Shown: piece after piece, positions 1-15,300 of the stretch | How the letters are laid out: the number at the start of each line of letters is the position of its first letter | How positions within the stretch are numbered: the first letter of the stretch is position 1 | Assembly (NCBI GenBank): GCA_051294905.1 | Contig: CM119373.1 | Location: 560,001-624,000 of the forward strand | Length of the DNA: 64,000 nt | Direction of reading: 5' to 3' | Source: Botryllus schlosseri | Taxonomy: Eukaryota | The notes under the pieces: model-generated | What the model was told of the DNA's origin: nothing | The model's input: the letters and a program-made list of their open reading frames with translations, nothing else | Databases searched by the model: none | Position numbers and translations under genes: made by a program

Positions 1-340
1 AGTTCTAGCTCTAGTTACGACTATTGTAATATGAGTAGTTGTGGTTCTGGTTCTAGTTCTAGTCCCGAGTTTTGAGAAGTGAGTACCAGTAATTCTAGTT
101 GTAATTGCTAGCTCTAAAAAATGATTAGTTCTAGTTGTAATTGTGGTTTCGAAAAGTGAGTAATTCTAGTTCTAGTTGCAGCTTTGGAAAAGAGAGTTCT
201 AGTTCTGGCTGCGAATTTACAAAAGTGAAAAGATCTAGTTCTAGTTGGGACTATTGTAAGGTGAGTAGCTCTAGTTCTAGTTGCTAGTTTTAAAAAAGTG
301 AGTAGTTGTAGTTCTAGCAATTTGAAAATCCAATAGTTTA
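1..340. repeat. (TAGTTC/GAACTA)-based degenerate minisatellite
   Basis: Recurring agttctagttctagttg...ttttgaaaagtgagt units. Same family at ~5845-6055, 7575-7950, 9200-9775, 10990-11390, 12750-12920 and 14260-14380; it produces spurious LELEL ORFs. Confidence 0.85.
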
Positions 341-385
341 TCAAAGTCAGATTCCAGTGAGTATTACAATGAATGCAAATGTCAC

Positions 386-3300
386 CTGCTCTCACGTTGC
401 GCACGTCAACTTCGATACGTTTCGCTCTAGGCTGATGAAGGTGTTTCCGCAGGTCGAGTTCCGAGGCGAGTTCTTCTCGTTTATCGCGCGACAAATCTTC
501 CGCCTTGTTGATAATCTGCTGGCTCCACAGCTCCAGATGTTCCAGGAATTGCAAGCGAATGCTGAACGAAATGCAGATGGATTTGAAAGCTGAGATGCGC
601 ATCAAAAAGATATCGTTTTTAATAAATATCTTGTACGGTAGGCCTAACGATGGCTACATACAAGCTGAGATTATAATTACGATTTTTTTAATCAAAAAAA
701 CAGAAGATTTTGACCAAAAAAAATCAAAATTTTTACATATTTTGACTTTAGAAACTTCATTTTGACAAAATTTTGACCTCATGTACGTAAATTAGGTGTT
801 TTCTCACATAATGTTGGAATTGTACCACTTATCTTCATTTCTGGGTGGAATTGTCTGTCATTACAAAGTGATTTAGCCTGGAAAAACTTTTTTGACTTAA
901 TACAAACACATTTTTTTATAAAAAAACTTTATTTTAATGAAGAATTCCAGTAGCTACATCACGCATTACGGTACAAATAATAAAATTTTTGTCGTAGCAC
1001 AACGAAAGATACTTTCCTACATTCTCGGGTAGAAAGTGTCTGTCCTTACTAACTAATGAGTAGCTTGCCAAGAATGGAGAAAGAACATTCAACGGCAGCA
1101 GTTGTTGGCTGACAACACTGAAGTTTTGGGTACACAGCTGGTGACAAACCGTGTTGCTTCTTTCTGAAAATGGTGTTTACATCGCAATTTTTCATCATGC
1201 GCTTCTTGATATAAGAACCATGCAATTCCCTCGCAGTCATGCTTCAGTTAGGATATTGCGGTACATTGAGCGTAACGCCATGACAACCTATTTGTTTCAT
1301 TTAACAATTTACGATTCACAATGAGCAGACAATGGGCCGTCTGCAACGGTAGGCCTATAAAGTAGGCTACAACCTGTAATATGTCAAATGATAAGATCTC
1401 CGACAGTGCAAACATCTACGATACAAACGGAATGCAGGTTGCAAATTTTTTTTTACTTTGTACACAATTTTGACAATGTTTTGACCTAAAGCTACGATTT
1501 TGACAATATTTTGACTTATTTTGATATGTCAACAAAAATCGCCCTTATTATAATAAACATACTTCTACAATGGATATTGTGATGAGAGAAATTACAATAG
1601 CACTTTTCCCTCGCACAGTGAAAGAATTCTGGTACAGATATTGTCGGATTTGTTTGAAAAGCTTGGAATGGATATTGTGAAGTGAACAATTTTCATAACA
1701 CTGACCCACGGAACAAAAAGCGAAATGAAAACCCGATAATTTCAGATAAAACTCACTGTTTCTTGTACTCAAACAGCGCTTCCGACGTCATGAATACTCT
1801 GCTGACATGAGACGATAGCTTCTTTTCGCCAGAATCTGTGCGATACCACGGACAAGATAAGACAGGGGGTATACAGGGGGTCAAATATAGCCTCCAGAAT
1901 TTGGTGCTTCATCAATTCAATGGAGGGTATAGGCTTTTATAGTAGTTAACAGGCTTGTAATCAAGACGGAGTCACAAGTCAATCTCACTTTCATAATTTT
2001 GACTCTAGTCAAGTCGACTCATTTTCAATTCACCACCGAGTCAAGTTCGAGTAAGTGGGTAGTGGGTCGAGTCCGAGTCATAGTGTTCAGTTTTGAGTTC
2101 TATCGGGTTGAACCCCCTTTTTTCAACGCTGCTCGAGTGATATAGAATGGCTCACATTCATAATCTCATAATTTTCCCCACTCCTGACACTTTCTGGCTC
2201 ATTATTTTCCAAGTATCAGGACTGACGAACGAAATAACAATCATGTGATGACTTTACTATTCGTCGAAGATACAATGAAATGTCTGTTTTGGCCGTCCTG
2301 GTGTAGAGTCATATGACTTGGTTCGAGCCATACACAATGACTCGAATACAAGTCGAGTCAATACACTAATGAACTCGAATGGAGTCATTTTAAGCAAAAA
2401 AATGACTCTAGCCTAGAAAAATGCGATGATCGCAATAATTTTGCCTTGTTATTGTACGTCCCATTATTGTTTCAAAATTATATACATTTTAAGTACGTTT
2501 TTTTCTAAATTTGTTGATAAGCAACAAATTCATAGCCTCGCGAGGTGGTTCATGGTAAGAAAAAGATGGTGAAGAACAGTTTTAAAGAGATGCAAACACA
2601 TCCTCAACAAATTGTACCTCGCATAATCCAAATTTTTTACGGCAACAGTTGGCTGGCCTTAAAATGCCCCAATATATCTTACCAGTAACCTCAGTCAAGA
2701 ATGCATTTCCAGACATAGCCGAAGACTTCCTGCCATCTTCCTCTGTGTCATCCACGACAATGTCGTCTGCATCAAGAGCTATTAGGATGTAGAACGAGGT
2801 GCCTTTTTGGGTTGTGATGGTTTTAAAGAGATTTTTGGATTCCTCTTGGGCTGGACTGAAATGACTCGAACTGCGTCGTAGATCCGGGTCCTGGAACACG
2901 GAAATATTCAATATTTAGTATCAGTGACGTAGAAAAGATGGGCTAATTGATGTCGGAAAATTGTCAGCTTTCGCAGATTAGATTAGAATTAGAATGATAG
3001 CTACACAGTTTTTATTCCAAATCAGATTCGAATTATAATTATAACTACACAGTTTTTATTATAATTTAGATTAGATTTTGAATTATACGTAAACAGTTTC
3101 TCCAAATTAGATTAGAATTAGTATGCTACCAACACATTTTTTTCTAAACTCGATTTAAATTTGCATTATAGCTACACAGTGTTTCCAAATTAGATTACAA
3201 TTAGGATGATAGCTATACGATTTGACCAAATTAAAGTAGAATGAGAATTATAGCTACACGTTTCTTTGCCAAATTAGATTAGAATTAGAATTATAGACGG

Positions 3301-6300
3301 ACTACAAAGTTTTTTCCAGATTAGACTAGAATTTAAATTATAGCTACATAGTTTTTCTAAATTAGATTACAATTAGAATGAAAGCCACACAGTCTATTCA
3401 AAATTAGACAAGAATTTGAATTATAGCTATACAGTTGTTCTAAATTAGATTATAATTAGAATGACAGCTACAGTTTTTCCAAATTATATTATAATTAGAA
3501 TGATAGCTACACAGTCTATTCAAAATTAGAAAAGAATTTTAATTATAGCTATACAGTTGTTCTAAATTAGATAATATAATTAGAATGACAGCTACAGTTT
3601 TTCCAAATTATAATTAGAATGATAGCTACACACTTTGACCAAATTAGACTAGAATTTGAATGATAGCTACACAGTTTTCTTCAAATTACATTGGAACTAC
3701 AATGATAGCTGCACACTGTGCACAGTTTGACCAAATTAGATTAGAGTGAGAATGATACCTACAAAGTTTTTTCCAAATTAGATTACAATTAGAATGACAG
3801 CTTCTAAATTAGATCACAATTACAGAATGCTCAAAAACTTGAAAATTGAATTCAATTCTGGATCGTCAGCTTGAGAATGGCAAATGTCTGTATGCCGAGC
3901 TTGGCTTGTTTCACACGATACACTTCTCCTGAAGTATTTTCAGGAAAACGAGGAATTAGATTAGAATTAAAATGAGATCATCGAAACATTTCAATGGATT
4001 AGAATTAGAATTATTTTAATTAGTCAACTAGGGTTATATACTTGCTAGAAATGAAAACATGCATTTGTTATTCACAATATATGATGTGAATTCACACGCA
4101 AACGTTTTCAAAATGGATTAAAATGCGAACCTCATCATTATCTGCCTGTTCCAAATTGGGTTTTTTGGCAACCGGTATTTTTCTGTCGACTTTGAAGAAC
4201 TTGCAAACTGCGTTGTCGTAATTTCCGATTTCCGACCGAATCATGTCGGGATATCTGTTGATAATGGCCAGCTGCTGCTGATTGAATTCTTCGTACCTGA
4301 GATGTAACGTTGGAGATCAAAAATGATTCAAAATAGTCACAGATACAGGCCTGAAGTGCATTTTATTTCAGCAAAAGTTCGTCACTGTGAAAGATATCAA
4401 AACTAGTTCAAGTAAAATTAGAAATAACGCTGAAAATTTGAACTAAATTGCAAGTATAAGTATTTGAACTCAAAGTAGAAGTAGCAATTGGAAGGCAGGG
4501 TTGTAACCAAGTCACAAGGATCGGAGTCACAAGTCAATCTCACTTCCACAGTTTTGACTCGAATCAAGTCGAGTCATTTTCAATTCACCACCGAGTCAAG
4601 CCCGAGTCCAAGTCATTGTGTTTACTGTTCAGTTTACGGTTGAACCCCCTTTTTTCAACCAAGCTTGAGTGATATAGAATGGCTCGCATTCATAATATCG
4701 TGATTTTTCTCAGTCCCAACAGTTTCTGGCTGTATTTTCCAAGTATTAGGACTGATAGACGAAATACTAATCATGTGGTGGCTTTACCATTTTTTGACGT
4801 TACCATGAAATGTCTGTCATGGCCGTCCTAGTCTCGAGCCATATGAGCAAGTCGAGTCAATACACAATTTGACTCGAGTCGAGTCATTTTACGCATTTGA
4901 AAAAATGACTCGAGTCAAGTCGAGTCATCAAAAAAACGTGACACAAGTCGAGTCATTACAACCCTGTTGGAAGACATTTCTACTTCAGTAGAAATAATGG
5001 GTAATTTTTTACTCAATTACAAGTATAATCAATTAATCATGTAATTACGTGAATTTGAAGAGCTTCTTGGAGGTTCAGAACTTAAATATACAATTGCATA
5101 GTGTATTGATATTGAAATGAACCTGAATATTTTCTTCCGACACTAGTCAAGGGTAATCGTCAGCAACTAGTAAAGAATTAAAAAGAACATTGGATATCAA
5201 CAATCGTACAGTACATGTGTTCTTGTGAATTCTCTCATAGCTGCTGACGATTACCCCTGGCGTGTGTCAGCCGAAAATTTACATTTCTCAATGAACTGAA
5301 TTTGCTAATCATTTCAATCTCACCCTGCGTATATGTTGTCTAGTATTTTCAAAGACTTTTCCAGGAACGTGGCCAGGTCTTCTTCCGTGCTCTCCTGCCT
5401 CAATCTGTCCAGAGTCGTGTCCAGGACGGATTCTCGTTCTTGATTGACGACATCATGCTCTTGACGACTTTCATCCAAGTCGTTCTGTTTTGTGTAACAG
5501 AATTAGTAGATTTAAATTGATTTGGAACGAAATCTCATTTCTAAGCCGATACTGATAAACATGATGATAACTAGCACCTGCAACTATAACCCCGACATAT
5601 TTATCTGATATTCGAATTCAAATGACATCTAGCTTAAGAGGCATTTTCAAACATTGAGAGCATTGATTTGAACAGCTTTACAGGCATTGCAATACTTGGA
5701 CTCGGAAATAAGCTAGATACACTGCATCTCCACGTATGTAAGGTATGAGAATTAGATAAATATTACCACTGTGGCAGTTGCACGATTACCACTATGTTAT
5801 TACTACCATGTTGTGAGTATGACGTCACAAAAATTGCAGTTCCAATTCTAGTTGCGTATTTTGAATGGTCAGCAGTTCTAGTTCCAGTTCTGGTGGATTT
5901 TGAAAAGTGAGTAGTTCTAATTCTAATTCTAGTTGCATATTTTGAATAGTGAGTAGTTATAGGTGAAGTTGCGAATTTTTAAAAATGAGTGGTTTTTTTT
6001 CTAGTTGTAGTAGCAATTTTAAAACGTTAGTAGTTCTAGTTCTAGAAGTTCTAGCGCAGTGCTTCCCAACCGGGGAGGAATTCCCCCCTTGGGGAGAATT
6101 TTGCAATTATTAGGGAGGAATTCGACTTTAGAATTGCAACGGATTTCCCAAATTGTTCATGCTCGAACTGTCATGTAGTCAACCAGTTATATCCGAACGT
6201 ATATGCTCCTTATGGCTGTTTTTTGTTTGCTGAAAGTATGTTTAGATGCTATTTGAAATTTCTTTTTCACATATAAACCCCCCACCCCTTTTTGTAACTA

Positions 6301-9300
6301 GTTCAGATGTGCTGCAGTTCGCAAGACAATTTTGTAGGCCAGCGACGGCCTCTCAATCAAATATATCCTAAGCGAGTAAATGTCGTGCGGAATCTATTAC
6401 AACAAGGCCTTCAGTGAAAGTATTTATCTTATATTTTCAAGTCAATATTTTCAGACAGTGACAGAATATTCCAACGTCATCGATTCAAGTCAAAGAGATC
6501 GCTAGCCTTGCTTTATTTTTAGTGAACAGCTACCCGATCAAAAAAAGACATGGTAAACTGGGTGCAATGTTGGCAGAAACGTAATGGGTGCCCTAAATTT
6601 CAATGATCTCCAACAGGGAATCTGATCACATGTATGTTATATATCAGGGCTGTAACCCAGTCACGAGGCTCCAAATCACAAGTCAATATCACTTTCATTT
6701 TTTTGACTCAAGTCAAGTCGAGTCATTTTCAATTCACCATTGAGTCAAGTCCGAGTCCAAGTTACCGAGCAGACGGTCGAGTCCGAGTCATGGTATTATG
6801 ACTCGTATACGAGTCCAAGTCACACTCAGGTTAACACTGTTTGGTGATATTGAATGATTTGGATTTATGATATACTAATTTTCCTCACTTTGAGCAGTTT
6901 CTTGTCGCATTGTCAAGTACCAGGATCTATAGACGAAATTCCAACAGGGTGGTAACTTTTCTGTTCTTCGAAATTACAATGAATTGTCGGTCTTGGCTGT
7001 TTTATAGTCTTGAGTCATATGGCTTGGTTTGAGTCATGCACAATGACCCGAGTCCAAGTCGATTCAATAACCAGATTGTCTCCAGTCGAGTCGAGTCGTT
7101 TCCGTATTTTGAGAAAATGACTCTAGTCAAGTCGAGTTATCAGAAAATGGTTAAACTCGAGTCTGGTCATCCCTGCTATATATGAAAGTACCACTATTGT
7201 TGGCCAAATGCATACGCAAACTTGAGAAAAAAATCGCGAGGCCAGTAAATTTATGGAGCAGTTATATTAGCGATTGGTGCATGATAAACCGAAAACACAA
7301 ATGGAAGTATGGGGGTCTGTTGAGTCAAGCTTCCCAGAATTTGTTTGATTGGGACCAAGACCATAGTTTTTGGAGGTCTACAAAGTGTTATTACAACAGT
7401 GCTAGAAACAAGCACTAGGTGCCGCCCATCTTATTCTCTCAGTCAACAGCTGTTTGCGCGGTAAAAATGACAATTTTTAATCATCGGGCAGATTTATTCT
7501 AAGTGGGGAATTTTGGCTAAAATTTTGGCCAAGGGAGGCACGAGATGGAAAAGGTTGGGAACCAACTACCCAAACTGAGTAGTTCCAGTTCTGGTTGCAG
7601 ATTTTTAAAGGGAATAATACTAATTGTAATTATAGTTGCGGATTTTAAATAATGAGTAGCTCCAGTTGTAGTTGCGATTTGCGAATTTTGAAAAGTGAGT
7701 CGTTGTTGTTCTAGTTCTAGTGGATTTTGAAAATGAGTAGTACTAATTTTGCTTAATTTTACTGATTTAGATGAGAGATTTGAAAAGCGAGTAGTTCTCG
7801 TTTCAGTTCTAATTGCAGATTTTGAAAAAGAAGTAGTACTAGTTCTTTGTATTTGCAAGTTTTAAAAACTTACTAGTTCTAATTCTAGTTCCAATTGAAG
7901 AATTTGATAAATGAGTAGTTCTAGTTTTAATTGTGATTGAACATTTTGAAAACCCAGCACGGTAGTTCGTACTTAGTCTGCCGTCAAATGCTGATCTCTA
8001 CTCAATATTATCGCTGAACCGATGGTCCGGTCCTAAGAAACACGCATCATAAAGAAACAAACCTGCAGGTTTCTTTCATTTTTGGCCAGACCGATTTCGT
8101 GAACGTCCCACAAATGCGCGGCGCCTTGAATGAATTTGAACAAGTTCTTCAATTGCATCTCCGTTCTCAGAGCCAGGCTTTCGAATATTTGCTGAAAAAC
8201 GTATTGCAGTGTTGATATTACATGCAATGATGTGTTCAAGATACTGTAAACGTCAGGATAGGTCAATGCAGTCAGCAATGCAACTCAATTACAAGTAGCA
8301 ACTAGCAATGACCAAGACATAACAAAACTCCTTCAAGAACTAAATTAAATACTTGCAAAAATACTGTTTAACAGTAAATCAGAGCTGGCTGCGATCGAAA
8401 TTGCAAGATATATCTTTTTGACTAACGTAAAATTTACGATTGAAACTACAAATAGTAAGAATCTAAGCAAATGTATGGTATTCAGTGATCATAATACAGG
8501 AGCTGTTTCACGCAGTTCTTATCACAAATTCACTCAAAATTGGTGCTCATCAAAATACTACTACCTAACTTTTAAATGCAGATTGGATTTGACGTAAATA
8601 TTTGCTCTTAAATATAATTGAATAGTATATTCATGTTGCAATGAACCCGAACATTTTCACCTGACACTAGGCAGGGGTAATCGTCAGCCTCTCGCGGAGA
8701 ATTAGAAAGTACATTGTATATGAACAATCGTATCACAAAACTTGACATCACAAGCATGAAATATTCGAAAATCCATGCTGGTGATGTCATATTTTGTGAT
8801 ACAACTGCTGATGCTTTTTCCAATTCTCTACTAGTTGCTGATGATTACCCCTGACAAGTGTCAGCCGAAAATATTCGGGTTTATTTTAATATGAAGATAC
8901 TATTCAAATGGATGTTGCGGTTCCGTACCTCCAAGAAGCTCTTCTTGAATATTAGTACAGTAGTATTTAAATGATGGTGACTCACGTCCATTTCTTCGAG
9001 TTTCTTTTCAAAAGTCCTCTGTCGTTCACCCACGAGCGGGAGCATGTGCTCGTTGACTATTCGTTGCATGCTCTCGTCGTCGCATACTTTGGAAGTGATC
9101 AGGTTTTGCTGAAATAGAACGGTACTCACATTCACACTGTGTTATGAGCATGGAGTTGTGCAAATTACTCGAGAGAGCAGGAACTTGAAATACCGTAATT
9201 ATTTTTCAAAATGCTCAACTAGAACTAGAGCTTTTGAATTTTTAAAACTAGTACTAGAACTACTACACACATTTGAAAATGCGCAATTACAACTACACCA

Positions 9301-12300
9301 CACCTATAACTACTCACTTTTCAAAACTCGAATTAAAACTAGAAAAAATCACATTTTAAAACTCGTAACTAAAATTAGAGCTAGAACTACTCAATACTCA
9401 CTACTTGAACTAGAACTACTCCCTTTTCAAAACTCGAAACTAGAATTAAAACTACTCACATTTTAAAACTCATAACTAGAGCCAGAACTACTCACCTTTT
9501 AAAACTCGTAACTAAAACTACAACTGGAACTACTAAATTTCCAAACTTCGTAACTCGTAAATAGAACTGGAACTACTCACTTTTCAAAACTGAAAACTAG
9601 AATTACCATTACAACTACCTACTTTTTAAAATATGTAACTAGAAGTATAGAGCTAATCACTTTTCAAATGTCGTAACTAGAACTAAAACTACAACTAATC
9701 ACGTTTTAAAATGGAGCTATAACTACTCAATTTTCAAAATGCGCAACTAGAACTTAAACTAGAACTACTTAAAATACAAGTGGTTAGTTGATAATCCACC
9801 AACGAGATTAGCAGATTGTGCAAGTTTGATCTCACCGCATAACCGCTTGCATATGACAGGATTTCATTTACACACCACATTTCTTTAAACAAGACGAATT
9901 TCAATCTTCAAGACATGAAATCATAATATTTGTCTTGAGCACATAAAGTCATTGAATCAATATAAGTTTGCTATGTAACCAATGAATCACCACTTGAGAA
10001 GTTAAGTAGCCATGTAAAGAGAGTGTTTTGTATGGCATACTTGTCCATTTGATACTATACAATGGAGGGCCTATTTTAGATCTAAGTTCTAGCAGTAGAA
10101 TCCAGAACACATTTTAAAAACATCATATTTTGGCTAAATATCATTTCGATGTCAGTATTATAAATGACCACTACAAATATTCACTCAAACAATCAACGGT
10201 AAGCATAATACTATGAAATATTACAATAAAATCACAATATTGTGAAAAATAGTATATCTGACGCCACACATACTATGAAGATACCTTGTATTTGTCGATT
10301 TCAGTGAGACACTGTTGACACACGTTCTCGAATTTCTCATTTAGGCAACGGATCCATTTCAAATGCAGCTGGTCGATATTCTCCTGCGCTTTTGTGAGGG
10401 CAGAATTCCATTTATATACGGATGTCTTGGTTGAAGTTGGCGGCTGGAATTGAGATTGAAATGGATTTAACTATCGTGGACTGCATACTATCTGGCAATG
10501 TGTGCAAACTTGTGCAAACTGCTGGGTTTTGAAAATGCGTAACTAGAACTAGAACTATTGACCTTTAAAAAGTCGCAACTAACTAAAACACAACCAGCTA
10601 TAAACTGATAATACGAATTACTAAATTGCAAACGAGCTATAATAACTGGAAATAGAATCATGCATTTCAAAAGGACGGGGTTTCCAGTTGGAAATGGAAT
10701 AGGTTTCACCCCTAAACCTAACTCCTAACTAGGTCACTAATAGTTTTAATAGTGATGACTCTGAGCTAGCGATGGCTGCAATTACATCGCATGTTTTCCA
10801 GTTGTTCGACAACTGAACTATTTTGTCAAATATGCAACTAGAACTAGAACTACTCAAAAATATTTTACTACCGTCATTGAAGGCCAACTGAAAACAGGCC
10901 GCGGGCCACTTTTCAAATTTGGTAGAAGCCGTAAGAACGCAATATCGATACAAAATAGGCCACACTTACGTCAGTACAACGGTCAGTAGACTAGAACTAT
11001 TCAGTCTTCAAAACTGGCAATTAGAACTAGAACTAGAAACACCCCATTTTCAAATCTGGTCACTAGAACTAGAACTACTCACTTTCAAACACTGGGACCT
11101 ACAACTAAAACCAGAACTACCCACTTTTCAAATTCGCAAACTAGAACTAGAACTACTCACTTTAAAAGACTGGCAAATAGAACTGGAACTAGAACTACTC
11201 ACCTTTAAAAACTGGCAACTAGAACTAAAACTAGAACTACCCACTATTCAAATTCGCCAACTAGAACTAGAACTACCCAATTTTAAGAACTGGCAACTAG
11301 AACTAAAACTAGAACTACCCAATTTTCAAATTCGCCTACTAGAACTAGAACTACACATTTTTAAAAACTGACAACTAGAACTAGAACTACCAGCCTAATG
11401 ATTGAGTAGCATCCGTTTGAATTATGTTCGTGAATGCCAGAAAACTCTATGCTAATGCATTTGCTACTTCAAAACTGAAAAAATTTATTTGGTCTATTGT
11501 TTTTTTTGTGCTAATTGACTTTAGCGATAGTTATATCAACAAATGATTAAATTTCTGTCAGAAAAATTTATCTATTCATGAACTTAATATATTGATATAT
11601 TCACCCTGAAGTTAAAAACTGGCTGACCATGGTCGTTGGGAAAATGACTTCTCAATGACATAATTCTTAATCACAACAGATTGTTCTATTCTCAAAATCT
11701 AACCATAGTCAGAATTCTAAATTAAGCTACTTACCTTGAATTCCAGCAATTGCCGCAATATTTCTTCTCTCTTCGCTTGCAATTCGCTTTGTTCGCTCAT
11801 GAATGTGGAGCTGACTTGACTCACTTCCGGAGGATTGCATATTTCGTCGCTTTGCATGAAGTCGCTGTCATATTTGTGATTAAAAAAGGTCATTATCGGT
11901 TTGAGAAGCAGTGTCTGAACTTGTAAAGACTTGACTTGTGTCACTGACTGGATGTATATCATCAGTTAAAAAGTTTTCAAATTCATAGTAATAACGGGCT
12001 TGACAAAATCAAGTGCCGTACCTTAGTGATACGATTCTGATTCGAGTAACAGGGTTCAAGTTAAGTATCACACATTATGACAACACAACAGCTGTGGAAA
12101 GTTGTAATATTGAGCCTTTTATGCGACCACAGAGAATAGAATGCCACATCTACATCACATTAAAGATAATTTGAATGTTTTTGGCCATGCCTAATTCATT
12201 GCACTTTGCGACAATACTGTGGGTTGCTCATGACTTCACAAATATGTTATTTCCACGAATGCGCATAGCTTTGTACTACATTTTTCGTATGCTGCAATAT

Positions 12301-15300
12301 GAACAATCAAAGTTTTTAAAAAATAGTATCGTTTCTGGTTGATAAATCAAGTCTTAGCAGCAGGGATCTTATAATGTCAGTACTTTAAAAAAATCATCTC
12401 TCACTTTTCGACTTAAATCATTAAAATAAATACTCAAATCATATTGTCCAGCCCTAACTATGAGCACAAATTTTATCCTTTTTAGCTAAAATACGCAAAC
12501 TTGATCATATCTTACATGAACCGTTGAATGGCCACATTGGCGTTTAATTTCTTCCAATGCTCAACCCGTTCGGTCCAAGTTAAGTAGAGTGTCATCTTCC
12601 GTTGAATTTCAGATTCCAGTAAATTGATCCGCAATTTCGCATAAGCTCTCCTGAAAAAATCAAATTACGCACCGAATCAATAATGATCATGATGGGAGCC
12701 AAACAGTATTGTACAAACTACCAATATAGTTAGTTGACATTCAACGAACTACTAGTTTTCTGAGTAGTTCCAGTCTAGTTGCGCAGTTTGAAAAGTAACC
12801 AGATCTAGTTGTAGTTTTAGTTGCAAGTATTGCAAGACTAGTTCTAGTTCTAGATGCAAGTTTTGAAAAATTAGTAGGCCTACCGCTAGTTCCAGTTGTA
12901 GTTGTGAATTTTGAAAAATGTTTATATACTCACATTCATATTGATTTTTAAGTGCCACTGTAAAATAATTGTGTACCGTTTCCACTTTTTTCCCGATTTA
13001 CTGCCACTTTAAGGCTCTTTTTACTGTATTTTCATGGAGATTGGCAATTCAAAAGATGTTTTTAGTTGTTTTAGGGTTAATTAATAAACTGTCTTTCGTA
13101 ACGTAACATTACTGTGATGGTTTCAAACTAGGAATGCAAAAGAACTAATAATGAAACCTATTCACTATGTGGTCACAAACAAGTTTGTTTATGATCTTGT
13201 ATAGTGCCGGTAGCTCTCATATAACGCACATGAAGTTTGCGGAGTCAATATGTCGGCTATCATTTGATAAACTTAGGTTTATAACTAAAGCCAGGCAAGA
13301 TCCAGTGCCAGAGTGATTCCATTCTGAAACCATGGTTGTAACCAAGTCATAAGGTTCCAAGTCATTTTCAATTCACCACCGAGTCAAGTCCGAGTCCAAG
13401 TCAGCTCGTGGAGGGTCGAGTCAGAGTCATAGTGTTTTGACTCGAGTTCAAGTCATTATGTTCACTGTTCAATTTTCAGTTCAATCAGGTTCAACCCATT
13501 TTTTTCAACTCTGCTTAAGTCATATAGAATGGTTCGCGATCATAACAGTGAAATTTTCCTCAGTTTCAACAGTTGGTTGTCCCATTTTCCAAGTATCAGG
13601 ACTGATAGACGAAAGACCAATAACGTGGTAACTTTAATATTACGATACAAAGTTACAACGAAATGTCTGTCTTGGCCGTCCTAGTCTCGAGTCATATGAC
13701 TTGGTTCGAATCATGCGCAATGACTCCAGTACAAGTCGAGTCAACACACAGATTCACAGAGTGAAGTCGAGTCATCAGAAATCGTGACTCGATTAGGACT
13801 CGAGTCGAGTCATGACTCAAGTCATTACAACCCTGCCAATCTCGTTACCTGTTAGCTAGAATGCCTTGGTTTGCCATCATTGACTCTCTCTCAATATATC
13901 TTTGAACGTCGACGGGCATGAGAAAGGCGATCTGCGACAGAACAGCTGCATACTTCCGAAACACGCCGGACATCTGCATTTATAAACAGTCACAATTAGA
14001 GCCTGATCGATATCGGATTTAGGACAGACAGCACATAAAACTATAACAAGTGCCATTGTCGATATTAAAAAAATATTCATTGGGGTTGTTTAAAATTACC
14101 ATTTTTTTCAGATTTTTGTGATTATCAGCTAAAATTGCACGGTTAGCTAAAACAACAATGCACGAAAAATTTGACTCGATTCTGACAAGTTAAAGTGAAG
14201 CTATAATAGTTTAAAAATTTTGAATTTGTTGGATATTTTGCAAAATAAGTAGGGCCACCAGTAGTTCTAGCTGTAGTTGTAGTTGCTAGCTTTGTACAAT
14301 GACTAGTTCTAGTTGCAAATTTTGAAAAATGAGTAGGCCCACCAGTAGTTCTAGTTCTAGTAGCATAATAGTTAGAATTTGTTATAAAAATTAAAATTTT
14401 CAATATTTACTGTCCCCATGGAATTGGTAAGCAATTAAACAAAACAATGCACATCAAATCTGGCTTAATTCCAACTGGTAGGAGCGGAGCTATTGGAGTT
14501 GAAGATCTTGGATATCAAGAAATAGCATATAATATAGGTCAACGGTCGTATCAGTCGTATGTTCTTTCCAATTCTCTACTAGTTGCTGGCGATTACCCCT
14601 GACGAGTGTCAGACGAAAATATGCGGGTTCATATCAATATGAATATATTATTCGAATGTATATTAGGCCTACAATATTTACCGCGTCAAATCTTTCATTC
14701 TCAACCATGTCGTAGGCGGCGTCTGCTTCCTCGATCCATTTCACACGCAACGGCGAATGTTCGTCGGCCGATTGCCATAGATTTTCAAGGATTTCCATAC
14801 TGAAGTTGATCAGGTCTTCGTCTTTATCAATTTCACTAAAATGTAGTGATGAATGTTACGAATTGAAATAAAATATCAAAAGATATAATTATTTAGTGAA
14901 AACAGGTGTCAAAAACTTGAGCCTTTGAGGTAACTATTGATGCCCCATTTTATTATTATACCTACAAATCAAACGTTCATTACTGTTAACAGACAGCTAA
15001 CAATGATTCAAACACTGTAATTTGAATCGAGTAATAATATTCATGATTCTAGTGGAGTAGTGAGAAATGAAGTTTTCTGGTACTGAAATTATACATTCCA
15101 TGCCAGTAGGAGTTGATTTATCAAGAATTATAGATTTGATGTTGTTTTCCACTGTGGAATTCTTGAAGCCTTGATTTGGCCGTATCACAGCATACAAAAC
15201 ATAGCACACAGCTACACACGTTACTGGAGAACGACCAATCATTCAATGATCGTGCGTTTTACTGAGCCTCCATTGTTCCACAAATAAATTGACCACAAAC

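Noticed and set aside
10919..11371. 150-aa LELEL-repeat ORF (and similar at 9158-9466, 7517-7858)
   Set aside because: Translation of the TAGTTC satellite inside CCDC180 introns.
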